From an uncultured Solirubrobacteraceae bacterium (GTDB taxonomy: Bacteria; Actinomycetota; Thermoleophilia; Solirubrobacterales; Solirubrobacteraceae): a DNA stretch of 64,000 nucleotides. The translations under genes were made by a program, and so were the position numbers. The DNA lies in the NCBI GenBank assembly GCA_964588985.1, contig CAZPQW010000007.1:44219-108218 (forward strand), given 5' to 3'. This document shows, piece by piece, positions 56,091 through 64,000 of the stretch; positions within the stretch are counted from its first letter, which is position 1; every line of letters starts with the position of its first letter. Below the pieces are notes generated by a model. That model did not search any database, had not been told where the DNA came from, and saw nothing but the letters and a program-made list of their open reading frames with translations.

Positions 56091-57473
56091 TTAGAACCCG
56101 ATCGCCGCGGTTCCTTCCACCAGTTTCGGCAGCACTTCCTTCGGGACCGCGAGGTAGTCGGCGCCCGTGAGCTCCTTCTGCCCGCCCGACTTGTCGGACA
56201 CGAAGCGCAGGTAGTTGTTCACGGCCGTAGCCTCCGCTTCCGATGTGCCCGGGAGCAGCGAGTAGGTCGTGAACGCCAGCGCGTACGTGAAGTTGCACAG
56301 CGAGTACGTCTTCTCCGTCAGACCGGAGGGTCCGCCGGGCACCGCCGTGGTCACTTCGTTCCACAGCCCGGTCACAGCCGGCGGCGGGAACGGGTTGGGG
56401 CCATTGGTGTAGGCGGTCTTCTTGCAGTTCGCGCTCGCTGCCGTAGCCGCGTCGCCGTTGCTCGACGGGTCGGCGTACGTCAGTTTGAGCGATTTGCCTT
56501 TGCCTTTCGAGCCGTTCTGGATCTCGAACCAGAATTTGCCCGTCCCAGCGCCGTTGCCCGCTCCACTGAACAGGTTCGTGACGCGGAGTTCTGCGAGGTT
56601 CGAGAAGCCGATGCTTCCCGGGATGCTCGCGGTCTTTTCCGCCTCAGCCGCGTCGCCTTCCGCCGTCGTTTTCACGACCGGCAGTGCCGTCGGCCAGGTG
56701 GCGTTGAGTTTGCCTTCCGAGAGCTGGTCCCAGGTCTCGTTGCCGGATGCGGTGACGAGCGTGCCGGTGTTGATCAGCCCCAGGTATTTCTTCAGGACGT
56801 TCGCCGTACCCGATTTTTCGTTGCGCACCACGGGGACAATCGATGCGGTGTTGCAGGTCGACGGCGTCAGCGTGTCGCCGTCGTCTGTGATCTGACCCCA
56901 CGTCGTGATCGTTCCCGCGTAGATGCCCTGCAGCGTCGCGTCGCTGAGCACCAGTCGCCCGGGGGCGTCCGTGCTGGTCGCCGTGCAGCCCGTCGGCAGG
57001 TTCGCGTAGACCGTCAGCGAGAACTGCGCCACGGGGAGCGTCTCGAGCGTGTTTTCGGTGACCGTGCTCTCCTGTTTGAGGATCGCCGCCTGCTGCGCGG
57101 CGTTGGGCGCTTCCGCGGATGCCACGAACGCGTTGCCGGGTCCGAACGAGATTTCCGCGGGGCTTTTGCTTTCCGCGCCGAACGACCTCAGACCCGCGCC
57201 GCTGCTCGTGCCGTTGTATGTCACGGTCGGCGTTTTTTTCGTTCCCTGTTTGCCGCTGCACGCGAATTTGTCCGGCGAGATGTTGAAGTTCGCCGTCCAC
57301 GTGGTCTGCGCCACGATCTCGACCGCCGCGCCCTGGCCCGTGATGTTCACGCCCGAGCACTGCGCGCCGATCGACGCGCTTGCCGCGCCGGGAGAAGCAA
57401 TGGCAGCCGTCGTGGCTACCGAGATGATGCACACCGATATAGATCGTAGTCGGCGTACAGAAAGGACCTTCAT
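56091..57473 (-). CDS. PstS-like substrate-binding protein with altered anion site
   Basis: Collinear paralog of 57767..59149; binding motifs read GQGAA, SSGAG, ASAEAP and RNEKSGTA. Confidence 0.75.
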   Translation of the reverse strand: MKVLSVRRLRSISVCIISVATTAAIASPGAASASIGAQCSGVNITGQGAAVEIVAQTTWTANFNISPDKFACSGKQGTKKTPTVTYNGTSSGAGLRSFGAESKSPAEISFGPGNAFVASAEAPNAAQQAAILKQESTVTENTLETLPVAQFSLTVYANLPTGCTATSTDAPGRLVLSDATLQGIYAGTITTWGQITDDGDTLTPSTCNTASIVPVVRNEKSGTANVLKKYLGLINTGTLVTASGNETWDQLSEGKLNATWPTALPVVKTTAEGDAAEAEKTASIPGSIGFSNLAELRVTNLFSGAGNGAGTGKFWFEIQNGSKGKGKSLKLTYADPSSNGDAATAASANCKKTAYTNGPNPFPPPAVTGLWNEVTTAVPGGPSGLTEKTYSLCNFTYALAFTTYSLLPGTSEAEATAVNNYLRFVSDKSGGQKELTGADYLAVPKEVLPKLVEGTAAIGF

Positions 57474-57672
57474 TACTAGAGTACCTCCGGATTGTCAGGT
57501 TTCCATTCCCAAGCTGCCCTGCCTCCGGGGGAGTATTCCTCAGTAATCTTGTGGATTATATTGCGTTCCTGTGAACGCAGGCCGTATCCCACGCTCCGAC
57601 CTCAGATATGGCTCCGCAGAGCCGTTGGCCGCGACAAGCGGCTGCTTCGCTCACGGCGTCCGCCAACGCAAA

Positions 57673-57706
57673 CGGCCGGGCCGCCCATCCATGGGCGACC
57701 CGGCCG
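57673..57706 (-). terminator. Hairpin downstream of the PstS-like gene 57767..59149
   Basis: CGGCCGGG-c-CGCCCA-tcca-TGGGCG-a-CCCGGCCG. Confidence 0.6.
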
Positions 57707-57766
57707 CGTGTCAGCCGAATCTCTCGGCTTTCCTATCCACCGCCGCGGCGGTGGAGGTGCTCTCGC

Positions 57767-59149
57767 TTAGAACCCGATTTTTTCCGCTCCGCCAACGGCG
57801 TCCACGAGGACTTCGCCCTTGGGCAGTGCGAGGTAGTCGGCGTTGGTGATCGCCTTCTGTCCTTCCTTGCCGACCACGAACTTGAGGAAGTTGTTGACCG
57901 TCGTGGCCTCAGCTTCCGTAGCGCCCGGGAACAGCGAGTAGGTCGTGGACGCGAGGTCGAAGGTGATTCCGCACAGCGCGTAGTTTTTCTCGACCAGTTC
58001 CACAGGACCGCCAGGCACAGCCGTCGTCACTTCGTTCCACGGTTCGAACACGCTCGGCGGGGGGAATGGTTTCGTGCCGTTGGTGTAGGCCTCCTTGGCA
58101 CAGTTCGCGTTGCCCAGTGCAGCGACCTCTCCATTGCTGGCGGGGTCCTTGTAGGAGATCTTCGCTGTTTTGCCCACGCCTTTCACCGCGTTCTCGAGCT
58201 CCGCCCAGAAGGTGGGCTGGTTGGCTCCACCGGTCGGCGGCACGAACGCTGCGCTGGTGCGAGCTTCGGCGACGTTGACGTAGCCGACGCTTCCGGCGAG
58301 CGCCGTCACCTTGGCCATCACTTCGCCGCCGCCCTTGGCAGCGGGCTTGACGATGCCTGCCGCTTTCGGCCACACCACGTTCTGGCTGCCGTCCGAGAGC
58401 TGGTTCCACGTCTCGTTCGCTTCCGTTTCGGTCAGCAGCGTGCCGGTGTTGATCAGGCCGAGGAAACGCTTGAAGATGTGCGTCGTCCCGGACTGGTCGA
58501 AGCGAGCCACCGGGGTGATCGCGGCTGTTGCGCAGCCCGTTCCGGTGATCGCGTCGCCGCCGTCTTTGACTTCGCCCCATGTTTTGACGGTGCCGGCGTA
58601 GATGCCCTGAAGGGTCGCGTCGCTGATCGCGAGGCGTCCCGGAGCCGCCGTGCTGGTGGCGGTGCACCCGCTCGGCAGGTGGATGATGATCGCCACGGAC
58701 TCCTGGACGACCGGGATCGTCTCGAGTGTTTCGGGCGTGGAGACAAGCTCCTGGTTCTGGATTTCAGCGATCTGCGCCGTGGTCGGCGGTTCGTCGGTGC
58801 CGACATAGGCGTTGCCCACCCCGAACGAGACTTCCGCCGGGCTTTTCGGTTCCGCACCCCACGACCTGAGGCCCGCCCCGCTGCCCGTCGAGTTGTACGT
58901 CACGGTCGGCGATTTTTTGGCGCCCTGTTTGCCGCTGCAGGCCGTCTTGCCGGTCGACGTGTTGAAGTCGGGGGTCCACACCGTCTGTTGCGCGACCTTC
59001 TGCAGCGACGAGCCCTGGCCGGTGATGTTCGCACCGGAACACTGAATGCCGACCGACGCGCTTGCCGCGCCGGGCGTCACTAGGACGGCTGCCGTCGCCG
59101 CCGAGAGGATGCACGCCGACATGATGCGGCGTGCGGATAGAGGCTTCAT
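57767..59149 (-). CDS. pstS: PstS-family phosphate-binding protein
   Basis: GQGSS, STGSGAG, GTDEP, R.D.SGTT and GS.GY motifs; signal peptide; AGGAGG RBS. Confidence 0.8.
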   Translation of the reverse strand: MKPLSARRIMSACILSAATAAVLVTPGAASASVGIQCSGANITGQGSSLQKVAQQTVWTPDFNTSTGKTACSGKQGAKKSPTVTYNSTGSGAGLRSWGAEPKSPAEVSFGVGNAYVGTDEPPTTAQIAEIQNQELVSTPETLETIPVVQESVAIIIHLPSGCTATSTAAPGRLAISDATLQGIYAGTVKTWGEVKDGGDAITGTGCATAAITPVARFDQSGTTHIFKRFLGLINTGTLLTETEANETWNQLSDGSQNVVWPKAAGIVKPAAKGGGEVMAKVTALAGSVGYVNVAEARTSAAFVPPTGGANQPTFWAELENAVKGVGKTAKISYKDPASNGEVAALGNANCAKEAYTNGTKPFPPPSVFEPWNEVTTAVPGGPVELVEKNYALCGITFDLASTTYSLFPGATEAEATTVNNFLKFVVGKEGQKAITNADYLALPKGEVLVDAVGGAEKIGF

Positions 59150-59312
59150 TGCTCTTGCGACCTCCTGGTCAGCAGGTTGTTATCGCCGGCCAGAGAAAGC
59201 TGCGCTCCCCCAGGTCGACCATGATTGGGACTGTTGTCTCCGACTGCGACTCTGCTCAGAGGAGGCGTTGACAAGGTTGCCGAGCGGTGACATGGCCGTT
59301 TTTAGGCCTTTC

Positions 59313-59373
59313 GATCACACGCTGGTCACATCGCTTCACCAGCTCATCACAGGACGTTCACCGCATGGTCACA
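59313..59373 (+). promoter_or_regulatory. Array of six ~11-nt direct repeats (PHO-box-like)
   Basis: TCAC at 59315, 59326, 59336, 59347, 59358 and 59369 (GATCAC, GGTCAC, CTTCAC, CATCAC, GTTCAC, GGTCAC). Confidence 0.7.
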
Positions 59374-59430
59374 GCGCCTGCGAAGACACCCCGAGCGCGG
59401 ATCCGGCGCAGGCCTAGCCTCCAACGACGT

Positions 59431-59464
59431 CCGGGGCGCCCGCCGAGCCTGGCGCGCGCCCCGG
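59431..59464 (-). terminator. GC-rich hairpin after the surface-protein gene
   Basis: CCGGGGCGC...GCGCCCCGG inverted repeat. Confidence 0.5.
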
Positions 59465-59499
59465 AGGGATCCTTCGGACGACCCCCGCTACCTATTCGG

Positions 59500-62082
59500 C
59501 TAGTGGTGCTTGGCCTTGGGTGCGCGCAGAGTCACGGTCGCCGTCCCGGTGTACGGAGCGCCGGCCGAATTGCGCGCCACGATCGTGACGCGCACGCTCA
59601 GCACGTGCATGCGTATGAGCAGCGCTCGCGCCTTTGCCGACAGATGCAGCGTCAGGATCTTCACCTGCCCACCACCGACCGAGAACGATCCCGTGGCCAG
59701 CACGAGAATCGCCGCCTTGCGCTTCGCCGCGTGCCCGACACTGGCCACCACGGCCTTCGCGGTCTTGAGGACCACCGTGCCAGAACAGCTGCCCGCGTCC
59801 GCCGGGCAGGCGACCTTGAGAGCGAATGCGCCAGCGGCGTTCGCCGAGGCCGAACTGCCGGCCAGTGTCACCACGGCGGGGCCGGGCGGTGGCGGAGACG
59901 AGGTGGTCGAGCTCGTCGAGGTGGTCGGCGTGGTCACCACGGGTTCTTCTTCTATTTTTGGCGGCGATGAAGTCATGAAGCTCGCGTCGGTGCCGTAGCT
60001 CGTTCCACTCGCGTTCGTCGCGACGATTCGGAAGTGGTAAGTCGTGCCGGAGCTGAGCCCCGCGGGCAATGCCGATACCGCGATCGGACTCGTCCCGCTG
60101 CCGGCCGGCAACGTCGCGCACGGGACGCTCGAGCCATAGGACGTCGACGTCCCGTAGTCGAAGTGGCAGTTCGAGACAGCCGCTCCTTCCGGGTCCACGG
60201 TGGCGCTCAGCGTCGCGGAGGTCTGCCCGATCGAGCTCGCTTCTCCGGTGACGACAGTCGGCTTCGGCCCGGTCGTGAGGGTGGCTTCCGAGCCTTCGCT
60301 CGTTCCTCCGACGCCGATCGCCACGAGGCGATAGTGGTAGATGGTGTGTTCCGCGAGGCTCGAGATCGCAGCGGACACAGCGACCGCGCTTTTGCCGGAT
60401 CCCAGCGACGACGGGGTGCATGCCGCGCTGCTCCCGAACGAGCTCGACGTGCCGTATTCGAATTTGCAGCTCGTCACCGCTTCGCCGTTGGGGTTGACCG
60501 TCCCCTTCAGCGTCGCCGTCGTGTTCGCGACCGGACTGGCTTCTCCGGTAGTGGCCGTCGGCTTCGGCGGGAGGATGTGGATTTTGCGGTGCTCGACGAT
60601 TTCCGGTGTTTCGAGATCGTCAGTGTGGATCGTCTCCGTGATTTCGAGCGTGCCGCCTTTCGCGAACTGGTGCGTGACTTCTGTCGTCTGGTACTGCTGC
60701 GTGGTGACGGTCGGTGTCGTCCCGTCGCCGAAGTCCCATTCCACGCTCAGGGCGTTGGCCTGCGTCAACGTCGAGGAAAGGGTCACGCTGTCGACGCTCG
60801 GTATCGGTTCGGCTTCAGGCACCAACACCCCGGTCACCTTCGCCGTCGGCACGGTGGCGGTCGCCGTCGCGCATCCGCTGCCCCCGGGACCGAACTCCAG
60901 GATTTTGGGAGACGCCAGGATCGGTTCGTACACGAACACGGTGTGTTCTTTGCCCGCCGCGATCGAGGGGATGGCGTTGAAGCCGATTTTGCACGGGCCG
61001 TTAGCTCCCACCGTCGCCACGCTCTGCCCGCCGGTCCACCCTTCCTCTTCGCCTTTGGAATTGAACTCCAGCACGCCCGGGTAGTTGAATCCAGTGATTT
61101 TCCCTTCGAGCTGCTGCACGATGCTGGCCTTGGTGTAGATCGTCCCTTCTTCTCCGATCGCCAGGCTCCCGCCGTAGTACGGGTATGGGCCTCCCGGGAA
61201 GATGGTCAGTTTTTCGAATGCCGGGTCGAACGTGACGAGCGGTTCGGGTTTCGCGCTCGAGCCGAAGTTCGACGGGATTTCGTCGATTTCGTCGACGTTC
61301 TCCACGTACACCTTGCCGGTAGGCGACACGGCTGGCGATACGGCTTCGCCTTCGAAGTAGTTGGTGCTGTCGACGTAGCGTGCGCCGAGGGTACCCGTCT
61401 TGGTGATTCGCTCCAGAGCCACCAGCGGTTCACTTCCTTCTTCACCGGTGCCCTCGTTGCCCATGATGATCACGTCGTCGTTGGTCGGGTCGACGGCGAT
61501 GCCTGTCGGTTCGAGCAGCGATTCGCCGACTTTGTTGGACAGCGGTTTCAGGATTTTCGGGCCCGCGAGCACTCCGCCTTCCGAACCGACCGGCACCAGC
61601 GCTTCACCGGATTGTTCTGTCGAGAACGCAAACAGCTGCGAAGCCGCGCCCTGGAACGCGTCGATCCGTTTTTCACCTTCCGGTCGCACCTCGACCGCAA
61701 GCACGTACACGCGTTTCAACGTGGGGTCGACCGCCAGTCCCTCCACCACGTCGGGTTCTTCCGGACCTTCCGCATCGGCGGGCTTGAACTTGACGGACGC
61801 CACGACTTTGTATTTGCCACCTACGACTTCGAACTTCTGGATCCGGTATTCGTTTTTTTCGTCCGGAAGGTCCACCACGTAGACACTGTTGTCCTTCGGA
61901 TTCACACCAAAGGCGGCGGCTTCCGAGGAGGGTTCCAAGTGGCCCGGTTCGGTGCCTTTTTCCCCGCCGAAGTGCCCGATTTCGCCGTAGCTGGCCTGCG
62001 CTGCAGCGGCACCCGCCCCGACAGTCACGACGGCTCCCGCCAGGACGGCCAGGCGTCGAAGGACAGATACGAGGTCAGACAT
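59500..62082 (-). CDS. Large secreted surface protein (beta-propeller-like, PKD-like, two FnIII-like repeats, basic C-terminal domain)
   Basis: Signal peptide, G.AVDP repeats, WDFGDG (PKD-like), two TGEAS..ATL..TV.P.G...C.F.YG repeats, Thr/Ser/Pro linker. Confidence 0.75.
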   Translation of the reverse strand: MSDLVSVLRRLAVLAGAVVTVGAGAAAAQASYGEIGHFGGEKGTEPGHLEPSSEAAAFGVNPKDNSVYVVDLPDEKNEYRIQKFEVVGGKYKVVASVKFKPADAEGPEEPDVVEGLAVDPTLKRVYVLAVEVRPEGEKRIDAFQGAASQLFAFSTEQSGEALVPVGSEGGVLAGPKILKPLSNKVGESLLEPTGIAVDPTNDDVIIMGNEGTGEEGSEPLVALERITKTGTLGARYVDSTNYFEGEAVSPAVSPTGKVYVENVDEIDEIPSNFGSSAKPEPLVTFDPAFEKLTIFPGGPYPYYGGSLAIGEEGTIYTKASIVQQLEGKITGFNYPGVLEFNSKGEEEGWTGGQSVATVGANGPCKIGFNAIPSIAAGKEHTVFVYEPILASPKILEFGPGGSGCATATATVPTAKVTGVLVPEAEPIPSVDSVTLSSTLTQANALSVEWDFGDGTTPTVTTQQYQTTEVTHQFAKGGTLEITETIHTDDLETPEIVEHRKIHILPPKPTATTGEASPVANTTATLKGTVNPNGEAVTSCKFEYGTSSSFGSSAACTPSSLGSGKSAVAVSAAISSLAEHTIYHYRLVAIGVGGTSEGSEATLTTGPKPTVVTGEASSIGQTSATLSATVDPEGAAVSNCHFDYGTSTSYGSSVPCATLPAGSGTSPIAVSALPAGLSSGTTYHFRIVATNASGTSYGTDASFMTSSPPKIEEEPVVTTPTTSTSSTTSSPPPPGPAVVTLAGSSASANAAGAFALKVACPADAGSCSGTVVLKTAKAVVASVGHAAKRKAAILVLATGSFSVGGGQVKILTLHLSAKARALLIRMHVLSVRVTIVARNSAGAPYTGTATVTLRAPKAKHH
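59965..60564 (-). repeat. Two tandem 300-bp FnIII-like domain repeats
   Basis: KPTATTGEA (K codon 60562-60564) and KPTVVTGEA (K codon 60262-60264) are exactly 300 nt apart. Confidence 0.8.
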
Positions 62083-62179
62083 CGGGCTCCGATCTTGTTG
62101 CTTGCCGAGAGGACTTGCCGAGTGCTGCGGACTTACTCTCAATCGTGGCGCTCCGGCGAGTCGATTCTGTGTTAATGCC

Positions 62180-62196
62180 GTGAACCAGACGTAAAC
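62180..62196 (-). promoter_or_regulatory. PHO-box-like pair upstream of the surface-protein gene
   Basis: Minus strand GTTTAC-N5-GTTCAC (11-nt spacing). Confidence 0.4.
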
Positions 62197-62207
62197 GACA
62201 CAGGACC

Positions 62208-64000
62208 TCAGCGGATGCGCCCGTTTCGCATCATCGCGCGCTGCGAGCGCATCGACGAGATGGTCGCCGGCGCCACGCGAACCTCGCGTCTTCTACGACC
62301 CGGACGACGACGAGCCGACGCGCCGGCGAACGCGGCCAGCACCACGATCCCGAGGATGTAAGCCGGCGTGGGCTCGTGTTCGTGCGCGCGGTAGGAGACC
62401 GCCTCCGCGCTCACCGACTCCGGAGCGGCCTCCTGCTCTTCTTCGCGCTCGGGAGCCTCCACCGGCTGGGTGACCGCGGACGTGCCGCTCGGCGGCGTCG
62501 GACGCGCGGGAGTCGGCAGTGGCGGAGGCACGAACGCGGGCACGAACGACGCCGGCGTCTGAGCCGCGAGAAACGGGCTCACCGGTGGCGCGGCATGGAC
62601 GGGCGCGGGGGCGCTCGGCGGCGGCGGAACCGGCAGCAGCGGCGTCGCGGCCGGTGCCGCTCCAGCAGGACTCTGGGTGGGCGTGGGTGTGAGCGTCGGG
62701 ACGACGGCCGTTTCTTTGCTCGGGAGGATCGTCAGGCGAGTGGTGCCGCAGGGCTGGCGAACACTGCCGGGCTGGACCGTCACGGGCAGTTCCGCGGACA
62801 GCCCACCGGCGCTGATCGTCACGATCGTGGTGCCGGCGTTGAACGCGCAGAAGAGGCCGGACTGCGGGTCGGCTTCCGGTTTGCCGTTGACGAGCAGCAC
62901 CGCGGAGAGATCGGCGGAGGCGGTGTTCGGCTTGACGAAGTCGCCGATGTCTTTGCGCGAGGAGCTGAACGTGTATTCGGGAAGCAGCCCATGTGCGCAG
63001 GCAACCCCGTTGCAGATGGATGGGATCGGGATGTAGGGATCGGTCTGAGGTGTGGAGGAGCGGTTGGGTGCCACGTTGCCCGATCGCGGACGGCGAGCCA
63101 GCCCGGCAAACAGCGCGGCCTGGCTGCGACGTAGCAGCGTTCCATCCTGCGCTTCCAGGGCAAGCTCTCCGATGTTCGGCACCAACGTCGCAGTGACCGG
63201 CGCCATGTTGTGTTCATTGAGTTTGGTGCCGACCTGCGCCTTCAGGAAGCCGCTCGCGCCGATGAAGTCGCTCAGTTCCTGAGAGGTGTCGCTGACGTAA
63301 CCGAGAGTGCCCGAGCCGAAGCTGGGGATTTCTTTGCTTCCCACCCGCAGCGGCAGATTCACGTTCTGTTCGGGCGAGTCGAAGAAGTACGCCGACGCCC
63401 ACGCCAGTCCGACTTTTCCGTTCCGGCTGCCCATCAGCGCCTGCGCCATTTCCTTCGCCTGCGGATCGTTGGCCGCGATCTGCGCTGGAAGGTCCGCATT
63501 GCCGATCACGATCGCGGGCACCGGCGTCGAACGTTCCGCCGCCTTCTGCAGCTGTCCTTCGAGCCACGCCAGGTGCCGTTCCCACAGTCCCTGTTCCACG
63601 TTCGCACTGTCGTCGAACACGATCACGCGCACCGTGCCCCCGGAGCCCGTCGAGTCCATCGCGTAGTCGCAGCTCGCCGCCTCGGCGCAGAAGCTTTCAT
63701 ACCGACCTGCGTTGTGTTCCAGGCCGGTCGCCGCTGTGCCGTTGCCGAAAGGTTCGTGGAACCCGCTGAAAGCTTCCTTGAACGAGGCCTCGCTGTGCGC
63801 TTCGTCAAGGTCCGTAGGCGAGGCTACCGCGTAGGCAGGGAGCGGGCTGGAGGCGAGGATTTCCGCGTAGCGATCGAGCTCGCGTTTGTAGGGAACGGCC
63901 ACCGACGCGGGGCCCGCGGTCTTCCCGCTCGTGACCCGCGGCCCGGTGTAGAAGAACGCACGCACGCCCGCTATCCGACCGGCCAGTGACAGGGCATGCG
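62208..64000 (-). CDS. C-terminal part of a large membrane-anchored surface protein (start outside window)
   Basis: Reading frame continues toward the window edge; phosphoesterase-like segment (VRVIVFDDS...WL..QL), Cys-containing domain, Pro-rich stalk, TM and Arg-rich tail. Confidence 0.65.
   Translation of the reverse strand, partial: HALSLAGRIAGVRAFFYTGPRVTSGKTAGPASVAVPYKRELDRYAEILASSPLPAYAVASPTDLDEAHSEASFKEAFSGFHEPFGNGTAATGLEHNAGRYESFCAEAASCDYAMDSTGSGGTVRVIVFDDSANVEQGLWERHLAWLEGQLQKAAERSTPVPAIVIGNADLPAQIAANDPQAKEMAQALMGSRNGKVGLAWASAYFFDSPEQNVNLPLRVGSKEIPSFGSGTLGYVSDTSQELSDFIGASGFLKAQVGTKLNEHNMAPVTATLVPNIGELALEAQDGTLLRRSQAALFAGLARRPRSGNVAPNRSSTPQTDPYIPIPSICNGVACAHGLLPEYTFSSSRKDIGDFVKPNTASADLSAVLLVNGKPEADPQSGLFCAFNAGTTIVTISAGGLSAELPVTVQPGSVRQPCGTTRLTILPSKETAVVPTLTPTPTQSPAGAAPAATPLLPVPPPPSAPAPVHAAPPVSPFLAAQTPASFVPAFVPPPLPTPARPTPPSGTSAVTQPVEAPEREEEQEAAPESVSAEAVSYRAHEHEPTPAYILGIVVLAAFAGASARRRPGRRRREVRVAPATISSMRSQRAMMRNGRIR

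Noticed and set aside
59313-59373. Short periodic repeats considered as a CRISPR array or iterons
   Set aside because: An 11-nt period with a 4-6 nt core, no spacers and no cas or rep genes fits a transcription-factor site array better.
62460-62700. Low-complexity GC/Pro-rich tract
   Set aside because: It encodes an ordinary Pro-rich stalk, not a DNA repeat element.
1-64000. Many long overlapping ORFs (e.g. 11922..13577, 25603..27453, 48250..50139, 52501..54498, 60034..62175)
   Set aside because: Arg/Ala/Pro-rich shadow frames expected in high-GC DNA; they overlap genes with recognisable motifs.

Overview
High-GC actinobacterial window, probably Thermoleophilia/Solirubrobacterales (inferred from composition and secreted-protein style, not proven). 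The left ~18 kb holds cell-envelope and housekeeping genes: two GT87/MptB-like mannosyltransferases, a GT-C-like membrane protein, cupin, arfB, csp, RibD-like reductase, mscS, uppP, chrA, a PHP-glycosyltransferase fusion with a DUF2334-like partner, and a zinc-ribbon/SPOR-like/pseudo-phosphoesterase operon. The centre (~18.5-55.6 kb) is a large, apparently self-contained locus for a sulfated and O-methylated surface polysaccharide. It carries cysD/cysNC (PAPS supply), five tandem translationally coupled sulfotransferases, nine GT4 domains, a priming phosphoglycosyltransferase, a Wzy-like polymerase, a Tyr-cluster-less Wzc-like co-polymerase, a PglK/MsbA-like ABC flippase, five methyltransferases, two paralogous secreted clan-A-like glycoside hydrolases and a TauE exporter. 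The right end has two PstS-like paralogs (one lacks the phosphate-discriminating Asp), a six-unit 11-nt PHO-box-like array and large secreted surface proteins. Signals not evident from the ORF track include a 48-aa internally deleted copy of an FkbM gene, a pair of small membrane proteins bracketing the locus, and recurrent sigma28-like promoters. No rRNA, tRNA, CRISPR array or transposase was seen. All functional calls come from motif recognition by eye; no searches were run.
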